Assembly: GCA_903813345.2 (NCBI GenBank)
Contig: CAIIXF020000001.1
Location: 27,156,001 to 27,220,000, forward strand
Source of the DNA: Owenia fusiformis
Lineage: Eukaryota
Reading direction: 5' to 3'
DNA: 64,000 bases
Part shown: positions 28,301 through 40,395 of the stretch, piece after piece
How the letters are laid out: each line of letters begins with the position of its first letter
Numbering within the stretch: the stretch's first letter is position 1
Notes under the pieces: model-generated
The model's database searches: none
What the model saw: the letters and a program-made list of their open reading frames with translations, nothing else
Told to the model about the DNA's origin: nothing
Position numbers and translations under genes: made by a program

Positions 28301-29993
28301 GATGTTGTCTGATCCCCAGTGGTCATTGAATCAGATGTTGTCTGGGCTACTGTGGTCATTGTATCAGATGTTGTCTGACCTTTTGTGGTCATTGTATTAG
28401 ATGTTGTCTGGGCTACTGTTGGCATTGTATCAGATGTTGTCTGACCTTCTGTGGTCATTGTATCAGATGTTGTCTGACCTTCTGTGGTCATTGTATCAAA
28501 TGTTGTCTGATCTACTGTGGTCAATGTATCAGATGTTGTCTGACCTTCTGTTGTCATTGCATCAGATGTTGTCTGGGCTTCTGTGGTCATTGTATCAGAT
28601 GTTGTCTGATCTACTGTGGTCATTGTATCAGATGTTGTCTGATCTACTGTGGTCATTGTATCAGATGTTGTCTGACCTTCTGTCGTCATTGCATCAGATG
28701 TTGTCTGGGCTTCTGTGGTCATTGTATCAGATGTTGTCTGATCTACTGTGGTCATTGTATCAAATGTTGTCTCGGCTACTGTGGTCATTGTGTCAGAAGT
28801 TGTCTGATCTCTTGTGGTCATTGTATCTGATGTTGTCTGACCATCTGTGGTCATTGAATCAGATGTTGTCTGATCCCCAGTGGTCATTGAATCAGATGTT
28901 GTCTGGGCTTCTTTGGTCATTGTATCGGATGTTGTCTGACCATCTGTGGTCATTGTATCAGATGATGTCTGACCTACTGTGGTCATTGTATCCGATGTTG
29001 TCTGACCATCTGTGGTCATTGAATCAGATGTTGTCTGTCCTCCTGTTGTCATTGCATCGGATGTTGTCTGACCATCTGTGGTCATTGTATCAGATGTTGT
29101 CTGACCTACTGTGGTCATTGTATCAGATGTTGTCTGGGCTACTATGGTCATTGTATCAGATGTTGTCTGGGCTACTGTGGTCATCGTATCAGATGTTGTC
29201 TGACCTTCTGTGGTCATTGTATCAGATGTTTTCTGACCTTCTGTGGTCATTGTATATGATGTTGTCTGACCATCTGTGGTCATTGTATCAGATGTTGTCT
29301 GGGCTACTGTGGTCATCGTATCAGATGTTGTCTGATCTTCTGTGGTCATTGTATCAGATGTTGTCTGACCTTCTGTGGTCATTGTATCAGATGTTGTCTG
29401 GGCTACTGTGGTCATCGTATCAGATGTTGTCTGTCCTCCTGTTGTCATTGCATCAGATGTTTTCTGACCTTCTGTGGTCATTGTATATGATGTTGTCTGA
29501 CCATCTGTGGTCATTGCATCGGATGTTCTCTGGGCTTCTGTGGTCATTGTGTAATATGCTGTCTGGGCTACTGTGGTCATTGTATCAGATGTTGTCTGAC
29601 CTACTGTGGTCATTGTATCAGATGTTGTCTGACCTACTGTGGTCATTGTATTAGATGTTGTCTGACCTACTGTGGTCATTGTATCAGATGGTGTCTGACC
29701 TTCTGTGGTCATTGTATCAGATGTTGTCTGACCTTCTGTGGTTATTGATTCAGATGTTGTCTGGTCTACTCTGGTTGTTGTTTCAGATGTTGAATGGTCT
29801 AATGTGGTCATTGTATCAGATGTTGTCTGACCTACAGTGGTCATTGTATTAGATGTTGTCTGGTCTATTGTTGTCGTTGTATCAGATGTTGTCTGGTCTA
29901 CTGTGGTGATTTTTATGTTAGTTGTGCTATCTGTGGCATCTAACTCTGTGGAATATATAGTACTGTATTCAGGCATGCTGTTTGAAGAAAAAT
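19377..29993 (-). CDS. Giant mucin-like protein, exon 2 (10,617 bp, 3,539 codons); about 320 copies of 11-aa repeat QTTSDTMTTEG
   Basis: Stop-free ORF; 33-bp unit (plus strand tgtatcagatgttgtctgaccttctgtggtcat); acceptor tatttttgcAG|AT at 29995-29994; donor CTAG|GTATTA at 19376-19375; phase 1-1. Confidence 0.88.
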
Positions 29994-30682
29994 CTGCAAA
30001 AATACTTATCTTTAGATAGAAGAAAGAGCTGTTCCAAGAAATGAACTTAGTGACGAATATTCTCAGAAATAAAATAGTCAAATCAAATCATGCAAGTCTA
30101 AAATCTATTACATGCAAGAAAATCTCATACTTTATTGTATTATGTACAGTTAGTAATTTGAATGCCAAGTATGAATTGATTTGGAATGTTTTTACTTTGT
30201 ACCCGTTGTCATACCTGAGTTTTGTATAACATTAACAGACACTGAATTAAATCACATGTACATCATATTTATAGATACATGTAGATGTCACTTTTTTAGC
30301 ATTACAAATGACTTTTTGTTAGTTAGTTCAGAAGTGAACAGCGACAATTGGAACATTCATTTATTTTAAAAACATTTCATCCATTATCTGGATTATTTTT
30401 GAGGGATGTTCAATAAACATCTCTCATTTACATTTTTTAGAAATTGAAGGCAGAATCGAATAAAGTTAAGAAACAATATAGAAAAAATCATGTCATTTTC
30501 AACAAGACTTATTCCAAATCTTGAATGAAATGGTGAAATCTACTCCATTCTCATGATTATGCTACTCTAATTTAAAAAGGTCAAATATGTTCTTCCAATT
30601 TGTAATTATATATTTGATACAGCATGATCTTTGTTTGTGTTTTGATGAAGAAAAGAAATTGATTCACATGCTAAGTCCAAAG

Positions 30683-31270
30683 GTGTCCTTCTTACTCCTT
30701 GGAAAAGGGAAATATATGAAGGGAAAAGTGGTGAAGTTTTATGGCAGTAAGGTTTCCATTAATAAAGTGTCTTTCTTACTCTCTGGTTGAGGGAAATATA
30801 TGAAGGGAAAAGTGGTGAAGTTTTATGGCAGTAAGGATTCCATTAATAAAGTGTCTTTCTTACTCTCTGGTTGAGGGAAATATATGAAGGGAAAAGTGGT
30901 GAAGTTTTATGGTAGTAAGGATTCCATTAATAAAGTGTCTTTCTTACTCTCTGGTTGAGGGAAATATATGAAGGGACAAGTGGTGAAGTTTTATGGCAGT
31001 AAGGATTCCATTAATAAAGTGTCTTTCTTACTCTCTGGTTGAGGGAAATATATGAAGGGAAAAGTGGTCAAGTTTATGGCAGTAAGGATTCCATTAATAA
31101 ATAAAGTGTCTTTCTTACTCTCTGGTTGAGGGAAATATATGAAGGGAAAAGTGGTGAAGTTTTATGGCAGTAAGGATTTCATTAATAAAGTGTCTTTCTT
31201 ACTCTCTGGTTGAGGGAAATATATGAAGGGAAAAGTGGTGAAGTTCTATGGCAGTAAGGATTGCATTAAT
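30683..31270. repeat. 84-bp minisatellite, about 7 copies, in mucin intron 1
   Basis: gagggaaatatatgaagggaaaagtggtgaag (minor variants) recurs at 30789, 30873, 30957, 31041, 31128 and 31212. Confidence 0.92.
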
Positions 31271-34241
31271 ATGAGAAAAGTCACCATCAAGTTTTTTGCA
31301 TTAAAACAATGCGGTACTTTGTGACAGATCGACACAATATGTCACCATTTCTTGGTGGTGAAATTATAAAGACAAGAGGTGAAGTAACTCAGGGCCAGAA
31401 AATGAAGTGGTAATATAGGATCCGGGTGAAAGTATTAAAGGTTCTCAGATTCCTCCTGCTTTACCCATTCAACATCACTGGTCTTTATTCTTGCTTAATT
31501 AACTGTAACATATTTGGTAATTATTAATTTTGCCAAAAAGTACATATTGTGTTGACCAAGCCCCTTAATTTTCAAAAACTGGAAATGGGTTATTATTCAT
31601 GGAATTGATACCAGTGGTTTATTGCACCTACTACTCCAAATAAGTCAACATAGAACAATCCCTTATTAATTTATAACTAATTGATGACCATATGTAATAA
31701 ACAGTGAAATCACTTAAGATATTTCTTAAATGTCTCACACCCTCCAAAGTCACGAAGGTATATATCTTAATTGAATGTTAATGTTAGATTAGAGCAAAGT
31801 ACCAGTTCACACTTTCACTTGATTGAGTCATTATTTCTTATGTCACAATATCGAATGCAAAGACAACTATGAGTGGAATGTAAATACATGTGTAAAAAAT
31901 AAATATTTGAAAATGTGTCAAAAAGTTTCAAATCATCAAGTTCCAATGACGTTTAGTATACTATCAGCATTCAAGATTCCAAAATTAATTAACAGTTTTA
32001 ACAAATACAAATCTTGATAAACATCCTGTTGTTTTTTTCACCAAAAAGGTCACCTTGACAAAGAGCTAGATATACATACCCGTGTACATCTACATAGGAA
32101 GGTGTGAAGTTATATGTTTTATGATGAATCATTTTTTGAATCCTCATTCAAAATTCAAATAAATGGATTTTATACGACAGAAATTCTCTGATTGAAATGT
32201 ATGTTTTTGTGTTTTAAAATCCAATTCATGTAAATGATGAAATTTATTATTTTGATCATTGGTAATAACTGACATCTAACGAATTATAGTTCAAATATAT
32301 CATGCCAGATACACGTCAACCTATAATGCAGACATTGATTTGAAATTAACAAGATAGCGCATATTTCAAGATTATCTGAAAAATCTCAAGTCAAATTTTA
32401 AAAAGTTTATAAACACAATCTGAGTACCAAATTCTGATTTTCATTGGTTTCTTGTTATCTATTCTAGACCTTTCAACTAGAAAAATACATCAAAAGCTAG
32501 TTATTCAAGATTTGGTAAAAAATGTTCAAAACACTTTAAAAACGACATGTGGTAAATTAAGTTTCAAACATAATCATAATGGAGCATGATAAATGTTAGA
32601 TCTTCAGAATGTATGGCTTATTTTTGGCATAAATTTAAAATATTGTTGTTTTGCAACTTTCTATCTACCACTGAGGACATTATTGCAAAATTCAAAGAGA
32701 AGAGTGAGTTTATAAACTAGTAAAGTGTCTACCAAGGCAATAAGTGCCTTTAAATCCCACCCAAATTATCAGATTTTCTGAAAATCACAAAATTATTTTT
32801 TGAGAATCATAATTTACAATGATTTTTGAATTTAAATCATAATGATTTTGATCCCTTGGGACAAATTGAACATGATAATTAAATGTATAACAGAAAAAAT
32901 TGAAATTAATTAGTTTGAAATCAAATCTTTTATTATAATCTGTGACTATCATTTATTTTTAATTACATATACGATGTGAGGAACTTCTTCAAACTGTGAT
33001 ATTTAGAGAAACAAAATTTGTATTAAAGTTTATTGGATACTATAAGCAAATTAAAATGGAGTAGTAGGGATAGAGCATATGTAGATTTGAGTCATTTTGA
33101 AATTGTCACAATTCTACAATATTTTTTGCTCTTGCCAGTTGTTTTCATATTATGCATAATTTTGATAATTAAAGGCCAACAGTTCTGACTTTGTCAATAA
33201 TCTGCAGGCCTGTCAACTTAAGAACACCTTCAGAACGACGCTTGTTTTTTTTATGTTTCGGCGTTCGTTTTTTTGGATGTTCTATAGAAATATTTTTGCT
33301 TGACAATAATCAAAAAAATAATAAAAATGCGTATTTGCATGACATATTCTGTCAAAAAAACTAGTGTGACTTCAATTTCTTCAGCAAATGCGTGACGAAT
33401 ACGCAAATTGTGGGACAGTTGATGGGCCTGAATCCGCAAAAGACTATAATAAGTCCATTTAAAGCAGATATATAATTCCAACAGTGATAGAATTGAATTA
33501 AGGATATAATTGAAACTTTATTTCAGGATGATCCTTACATCAGTACTGTCAACCCCCAAAGATTTTTTCGCGGGACAGATTTTTTAGACCCAGTGCCCAA
33601 AATTCGCGGGATTTTGCGGGACATCTACTAAATTCGCGGGATTTCGCGGAACATTGCGTGATTGCGCTTATAGGCCAATTTTTTTTATCAAATTCGCGTG
33701 ATTTCGCGGGACCATTCGAGGGACAAACACCCTAATTGCGGGACAGTAAACAGGTTTACCAGCAAAAACTTCATAGAGGGACAGATTTTCTAGAAAAAGT
33801 GCCCTAACTTTGCGGGATTTCGCGGGACATCCACCTAAATTTGCAGGATGTCCCGGGACATTCAAGGGATTTGCGTGATTTGGACTAATGTAAAAGCGTG
33901 TAAAAGTACTTGAATCAAACTTTCAGATACTGATTAATCAAATATAATGCACCGTTACATTGTAACTTAAATAAACGTCAACATAATTTCACAAAATACA
34001 CATAGAAATATTATTAAAATTTATTGTAATTTATCAAAAACAAAAACCATGCTTGAGGTGTGAGTATCGTAATCTAACACGAAATTCAAAAATTTGGAAC
34101 AATACTTTACACTTCTCTGCTTCTGGCGTCGTGACCAACTACTACCATACTGTAGGCATGGGCTTTCAATTGTAAGCCCATGATATAGGGGTTCGATTAA
34201 TCTACATCAAATTATAGGGAATGAGGTTACTTTTCTAGATA

Positions 34242-35008
34242 GGGTTTGTAGAAAAAACCGGGTACCTGGTAGTAAATCCTCCATGCTGGGTTCAAACTTT
34301 TTTTCTTTTTTTTTATTCCTTCATTCTTATTTATGTACATGTAAATGTAAATATAAATATGTACATGTAAATGTAATGCAATTAATAATATAAATAAAAT
34401 TTACGTAGACAAACTTGGTACCCGGTCGAAAAACCGGGTACCCAAAAAACGAAATATACGAATATACAACATAATTAGTTCATTAGAAAACGTGTAAGAT
34501 TTGTTTTGAATTTACAAAAATGTAACTTCCTTCAAAATTGAGCTAGAAGCTTCAAATAAAAAGCATTTTAAGCCTCTTTTCTTCCTCTATCATCATGGTC
34601 ATATTTCCATTAGTAATGAAGCACCATCACACCCTCTCCTGGCTACGCCAATGACATTGTAAGACGATTTGAATAACAAGACAAATCAATTTTACTCTAT
34701 TTTCAATGAGTTCGTATGTTGGCACGTGAACATAACCAATGAAAATATGGTCATTACGATAGAGGAAGAAAAGAGCCTTAAAATATGCTTTTTATTTGAA
34801 GCTTCTAGCTCAATTTTGAAGGATGTTACATACATTTTTGTAAATTCAAAACAAATCTTACACGTTTTCTGATAATCAAATTATGTTATACTCGTATATT
34901 CGTATTTTTCATTTTTTGGGTACCCGTTTTTTGACCGGGTACCGGGTACCAAGTTTGAACCCAGCATGGAGGATTTACTACCCGGTACCCGGTTTTTTCT
35001 ACAAACCC
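34242..35008. mobile_element. Foldback (Mutator/MULE-like) element nested in the hAT-like element
   Basis: Long inverted arms gggtttgtagaaaaaaccgggtacc... / ...ggtacccggttttttctacaaaccc; 10-bp direct repeat tttctagata on both flanks (34232-34241, 35009-35018). Confidence 0.82.
34300..34409 (-). mobile_element. Short poly(A)-tailed insertion with 7-bp TSD CAAACTT inside the foldback arm
   Basis: caaactt at 34293-34299 and 34410-34416; the segment is absent from the opposite arm; the minus strand ends with AATAAA motifs and an A-rich tail. Confidence 0.6.
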
Positions 35009-35530
35009 TTTCTAGATATCAGCGTCCATTTATTGTAACTCACGTTTGCTAACATTTGCTCAGTTCTGAGATGAAGGCCACACGGATAGTAAAAAGGCCA
35101 ACGTTGGAACTATTTGTGACCTACATCCCTATTGTCGTAATTAAAATGAAAGTTGAACCCTTCCTCTTTATTTTGATACCAAACAACAGCATGCTAGGTA
35201 CTTAAAATTAGGTAAACTTTACTCCTCAAAAGTGCAAAAACTTAGCTTCTTATATAAGATAAGATAATCACCATATAGGGGATTGCAACAATTTCGGAAA
35301 TTCGCGGAGGTCGAAAGCCACATTTGCGGGACTTCGCGGGACATTGCGGGACACGCGAATTAGCCTAATTTTGATCGAATTCGCGGGATAATCCCGCCAT
35401 TCGCGGGACACTTGACAGCTCTGTTACATTTTTAAGGATAAGCCTATATTGGAACAAATTGGTTCTAATGAATTTGGACATTTGTGCATCTTACATCTTT
35501 AATGAAATCCTTTTTTGATCAGAGATCTAA

Positions 35531-36199
35531 AGGTCCATGTGCAGTATGGCAAGTTCTTTTAGACGGTCATATCTTTCACCATGAGTACTTTCTGGCCATA
35601 AATACAATGGCTTTTATTAAAACAATATGTTTTCTTTCAAGTGAAGTCCCCATGATAGTAAAATATCAATCCAACTCTCTGAAAAATTATAGATTAGGAC
35701 CCCACCTTGTCACTTTTCTAAAAATGTAAGGCTTATTTTCTAAAAAGAGGATCTTGTTTTTCTTAATTTAAAAATATCAAAAGTTTCTTCTACACTATAT
35801 TAATAACTTCTGAAAAGGGGATGGGTATTATAATGCGATAAAGTTAAAAACCACATTTCCCATTTTATTTTCGAAAATTGATATCTTCAAAACTAGACTT
35901 TCAATACAATTCTACTTTTGAAGATGTTTTAGACCCCTGGCCTTGTTGAATAATCTTTTCATGCAATAAAAATCAGAAAAAGAAGATCCTCTTTTGAGCA
36001 AATAAGTTCAACATTTTGAAAAAATGGTTGATGTGGGGACCCTATTCATAATTTTTTGAATTATTCGATTGATCAGGGGGGGACTTCAATTGAAAGAAAA
36101 CACATTGTTTTAATAAAAACCACTGTATTTATGCCCAGAAAGTATTCATGGTGAAAGATATGACTGTCTAAAATCACTTGCCATACTGCACATGGACCT
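35531..36199. mobile_element. Palindromic foldback MITE (Kolobok-like AGG termini), about 670 bp
   Basis: aggtccatgtgcagtatggcaagt... / ...acttgccatactgcacatggacct; arms pair over about 250-300 bp; TSD degenerate. Confidence 0.75.
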
Positions 36200-36974
36200 T
36201 TTTTCAGAAAGCAAAAAAATCATAATCTCCACAATTTTAAACTAGCTTTCTCTTCCGATCCCTAAAGAGGTTGTTCTGATTTTTTGTTCTGATTTATAGA
36301 ATAGGTCATTTTAATGTTTAAGAAACTAACTGAGTAGTAGAGGCAATCACCATGGTATAACTATATGTGAATTTTCAATCAAGTTTCAGGTATATACAAA
36401 AGGTACATAAATGGAATACCTATAGTTTTATATCCTATAGTGATATATTTAAAAAAAAGTATATCAATTTGATTTAAAATAAACAACAGTTTTATCCATT
36501 CTGATGCCATTTTGAATTTAGCGACAATTTAGTTTGAATCAATCTCACATCAAAGAGGATCTGAGAAACTAAGAGAGGTCCCCAAAATTAAACATGCCCA
36601 AATTTCAAAACACTCCTGTTTTTCGAGCAATTTTTGTATTTGGGTTACCTCAGAGTCAGGGAGGATGAGTGAGTGAGGGAGGTTGGACCCCAGCTTTGCA
36701 AGAGTATAGTGTGATGAAAGTTCTTAATTATTCTTATGTATAGTAAGAATATAATTTATAGTAAGTGTAGCAATAATAGTAGAAGAATAGTAAGTGTAGG
36801 GTAAAGCAAAAGATCACATTATATTTTAGTGACCAGAGATCCCTTTTTAAATAAGGTAAAATTGTAAAGTACTATGGAGAACTTACCACTATTAAACCAT
36901 GCATTATATACACTACATGTTATACCAAATTCACACATTTTTATTTTAATTTTTTTTATTTTAATGTATCTTAC

Positions 36975-37410
36975 CAGAGGTTGTTTGAGCAGGAGGATTA
37001 TCTTCTGTTGTCATAGCAACTGTTCCTGTATCAGTTACAAGAGCAGTAGATTGACTATTTGACTCAGTGTCTGTAATAATACTTGAAACTTTCTCAGAGT
37101 TTGTGGTTATTTGACTAAGTGCAGTCTCTGAAGTTACTCTGGAATCTGTTGAAGCTGCTAATGTTATTTCAGCAACTGTTGTATCTAATTGAGCTGTAGT
37201 CTGACTCTGACTACTTGTGTTCATTTTTTGACTAGATCTAGTAGTGGAATGTGCCATAGTTACGGAATCGGTTGCTATAGTAACAGCTGAATCTGTCATA
37301 CCTTCTTGTGTCTCTTTAGTTAGTCCCAAAGTTGTTTCGCTTGATTCACCATTTTTTATTAATCCTAAATTGGCTACAAATGCCAGAAAAATATACATCC
37401 TTAACTCCAT
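36975..37410 (-). CDS. Giant mucin-like protein, coding exon 1 (signal peptide plus non-repetitive Ser/Thr-rich segment, 145 aa + 1 nt)
   Basis: ATG at 37410 in AAAATGG context; N-terminus MELRMYIFLAFVANLGLIKNGES is signal-peptide-like; followed by T/S-rich sequence; strong donor CTG|GTAAGA (GT at 36974-36973), phase 1, matching the next exon. Confidence 0.8.
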
Positions 37411-39127
37411 TTTTAAGTTCAGTATGAATTAACCTTAACTTGTTAGTAATCACTGACCATTATGGTCAGTTAATCCATAGAAAACTCCACACCCAATTCT
37501 CAGAAATAGTTGTTGAACTTTGTTGTATTTATTGTTATCTTCACTAAAAAGCCTGTAGCATGTAGACTATCTGAACTAGCTAGAACTAAGAGGCTAGCTC
37601 TCTGCTAGGTAGGAGTGTCAGGTTTCAATCCTACAAGATTGCTCTTTCGGTTAGTATACATGGTAAAGTTTATACTCCGCCTAACTTATAAGTGGTTGGC
37701 ACACTTCTTGTGCTAATTGCATAAATATCACAGAAATATTTCAGTTAGTTTTTTCTTATTTTTAAAACTGATTTATAAGGCAGCTGTTTATTTCTAGCAT
37801 ATCAATCTTGATATTAACATATCTTATCTTGATATTAAGTACTTATAATTCACATACTTCAGTCAGTCCAAACTTATGTGTAATCCTTATCTTGTTCCTG
37901 GTTTGTACAAAATATGATATGTTCGGGAAATTGTAGTTTATTATTTAGCTGGCATTCTTTCATCATTCTTACATTCTTAGTCTGATACCGCAGAAGTATT
38001 TTATAACTTTTTGTTTAGTTCTAAGGGATTGGCTCAATGAATCATCAACATCTGTCAAAAATGTAATTAACTTCAACTTGACCCCCCCCCCCCGTCATTC
38101 TCAAACGTTCACAATTGATTTGCTGATAAACCTAGGGAAAACAAGAATTTGATAACATTGGCAAACAAAATAGCCTTTTCCTGAAATTATATCCTAAACA
38201 TACCTAATTATATTATTTTGAGAAAGTTTATTTTTTGACTTGACCCCTTAGTATTCTTGTAACATTTCATTTGCAGAGTGTCAAAAATGTTTGCTTTGTG
38301 TACAGATTTCTACTGGTTACTGTAACTCATACATCATGATCAAAGTTATGGTCTCATATAGCAGATATAAAAAATACTCAAATGTACCAAATCAGCCTGT
38401 TAATACCAGGGAAGAGTTTAATTGGATTCATGGGGAGGGGAGATATTTGTATCTATGGGGCGATTCTCTTTAGCTAAAGGTGAGTGGTTATTTTGGTCAT
38501 CATTTTTTTATACTTTTCTATTTATATAACTTTTATTTACTGGATATACTAGAGCTATATTTTGACAAAAACAAAAGAGAGACTGACACGACTAAGAGTC
38601 AATAAAAGAAATACAAATTGCACAATAGTTCATACTGATTCGACTTAAAGTTGAGTACCATGGGTGCTGTGTTCACTTGTTGACTGTGCATTCAGAAACT
38701 TTTGAACCTTGAAAACCCATGTTAAGACTGAGGATTGAAAGTGCAGTATGCACTTTTTCATCATCTTCTTATTTTGATACAACTGAAGTAATCTTATGAG
38801 AAGAGACAACAGACAATGTTCATTTAATTAAACAGGGATGTTTCTTATGCAAATCACAGTGATCATTGGAAAATGTAAAGAAAAAACTGAAACTGTTATT
38901 TTATAAAATAAGGTACCTTCACAATTTCAAATAAATTGAGAGAATACTTTTGGAGTTATAACTAGTACATGATTTCTGCAATAAAAGTGCTGCCCATTTT
39001 GAAAATACGGGAGCTAAAAATTGCCAAAAAAACTTCATGGAATACTTTTGGAGTTATGACAAAAAAGAGCTGAAAATATAAATTTCAGCAATAAAAGTGT
39101 TAAGTGATGGGTCTGGTGACAATTTTG

Positions 39128-40395
39128 AAACAAGCCATTAACATGACAAACTGTCACCACCACATAGAAAATTTAATCAATTTGGAGCAAATTGAAAAAT
39201 ACATTTTTGACCTTTTTTAACCTCAAGACCTCAAGGAGGATTGGCTCCCAGAGTGCAACATCGATATTCTGTCCCATATATGGAAATGTCGTGATTCAAA
39301 ATTTGAATTCAAACAGCCGCCATTTTGTTCACTTCAACATTTGAATGGTGAATTTCAGTCTTATTCCTAACCGAAAAATTCCAAAACTCATAAGAAATGA
39401 TCGAGATATTGGTTCGAATCTTTTGGACTGTTTATTTTGAACTTATAGTCGGTAATAATTTCCGACAATAACGACATTTCGACGTTTTCATTGTTGGAAA
39501 ATATCGATTGTCGATCCTGGGAGCCAATCCTCCTTGTCAAGACCTTTTACACCATTTTTACCAGGTCAAATCTCAAATCTAAAGTCAGATATGAATTTCT
39601 GGGAACTTGTAAATGATTTTGAAAAAAAATTAAGCCAATTTCAAGCAACTTGAAAAAATACCTTTTTGACCTTTTTTGACCTTGAGAAGGTCATTGAGGG
39701 TCAAATCTCAAATCTATAGTCAGATTTAAACTTCTGAGAACTCGTAGATGGTTTTGAAGAAAACAATTAATCAATTTGAAGCAAGTTAAAAAAAAAACCT
39801 TTTGACCTTTTTAAATCTAAAGACCTTTTTGACCTTTTTAACTTGAGAAGGTCAATGAAAGTCAAATCTCAAATCTATAGTCAGATTTGAACTTCCGAGA
39901 ACTCGTAGATGATTTTGAAAAAAAATCTAACCAATTTGAAGCAAGTTGAAAAAAGACTATTTGACCTTTTTTAACCTTCTAAAGGTCATTGAAGGTCAAA
40001 TCTTAAATTTTAAATCAGCTTTGAACTTCTGAAAACTTATAAATGATTTTGAAAAAAGTGAAGTCAGTCTAAACAGTATTTGTTAAGTTGTTGGAAGAAT
40101 TTGTTACAGACAATACCCCCCATAAACCTTTTTGACCTTGAAAAGCTCATTGAAGGTCAAATCTTAAATGTAAAGTCAGATTTGAACTTCTGAAAACTTG
40201 AAGATAATCTTGAAAAAGAATTGAAGTTAGTCAAACAGTATTTGTTAAGTTATTGGAAATTAAGAATTTGTTAGAGACACCAACCACCTACCGCTAACCA
40301 CCAACCATCGTCACAAAAAAACGGAGACCATAACAATATGTCACCACTTCTTGGTGGTGACACAATATGTCACCACTTCTTGGTGGTGACATAAA
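39128..40395 (+). mobile_element. HINE-like element with internal 135/161-bp satellite units and a duplicated terminal hairpin
   Basis: 5' aaacaagccattaacatgacaaactgtcaccacc; units marked by (g/a)gtcaaatct at 39564, 39699, 39860, 39994, 40155; CCAC/CCAA microsatellite; 3' hairpin tgtcaccacttcttggtggtgaca present twice. Confidence 0.7.
39232..39536. mobile_element. MITE with 20-bp perfect TIR and 9-bp TSD TCAAGACCT, inserted in the HINE-like element
   Basis: caaggaggattggctcccag / ctgggagccaatcctccttg; tcaagacct at 39223-39231 and 39537-39545. Confidence 0.88.

Larger units (their letters stand above)
33541..35423. mobile_element. Non-autonomous hAT-like DNA transposon with 6-bp TSD TTACAT
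   Basis: TIRs cagtactgtcaa / ttgacagctctg; ttacat at 33535-33540 and 35424-35429; many subterminal (c)gcggga motifs at both ends. Confidence 0.75.

Noticed and set aside
19381-29852. Numerous LWSLYQMLSD and CGHCIRCC plus-strand ORFs
   Set aside because: Fragmented antisense frames of the 33-bp repeat; not metallothionein or leucine-rich proteins.
5693-29993. Antifreeze (glyco)protein interpretation of the Thr/Ala periodicity
   Set aside because: No (Thr-Ala-Ala)n tripeptide, the 11-mer is not Ala-rich helical, and there is no regular TxT solenoid; the composition fits an O-glycosylated mucin-like chain better.
19377-31270. CRISPR-like appearance of the 33-bp and 84-bp repeats
   Set aside because: Head-to-tail tandem units without unique spacers, eukaryotic context, no cas genes.
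30587-31270. 84-bp (28-codon) repeat as a coding or zinc-finger array
   Set aside because: Each unit has stops in the frames I translated, and there is no C2H2 pattern.
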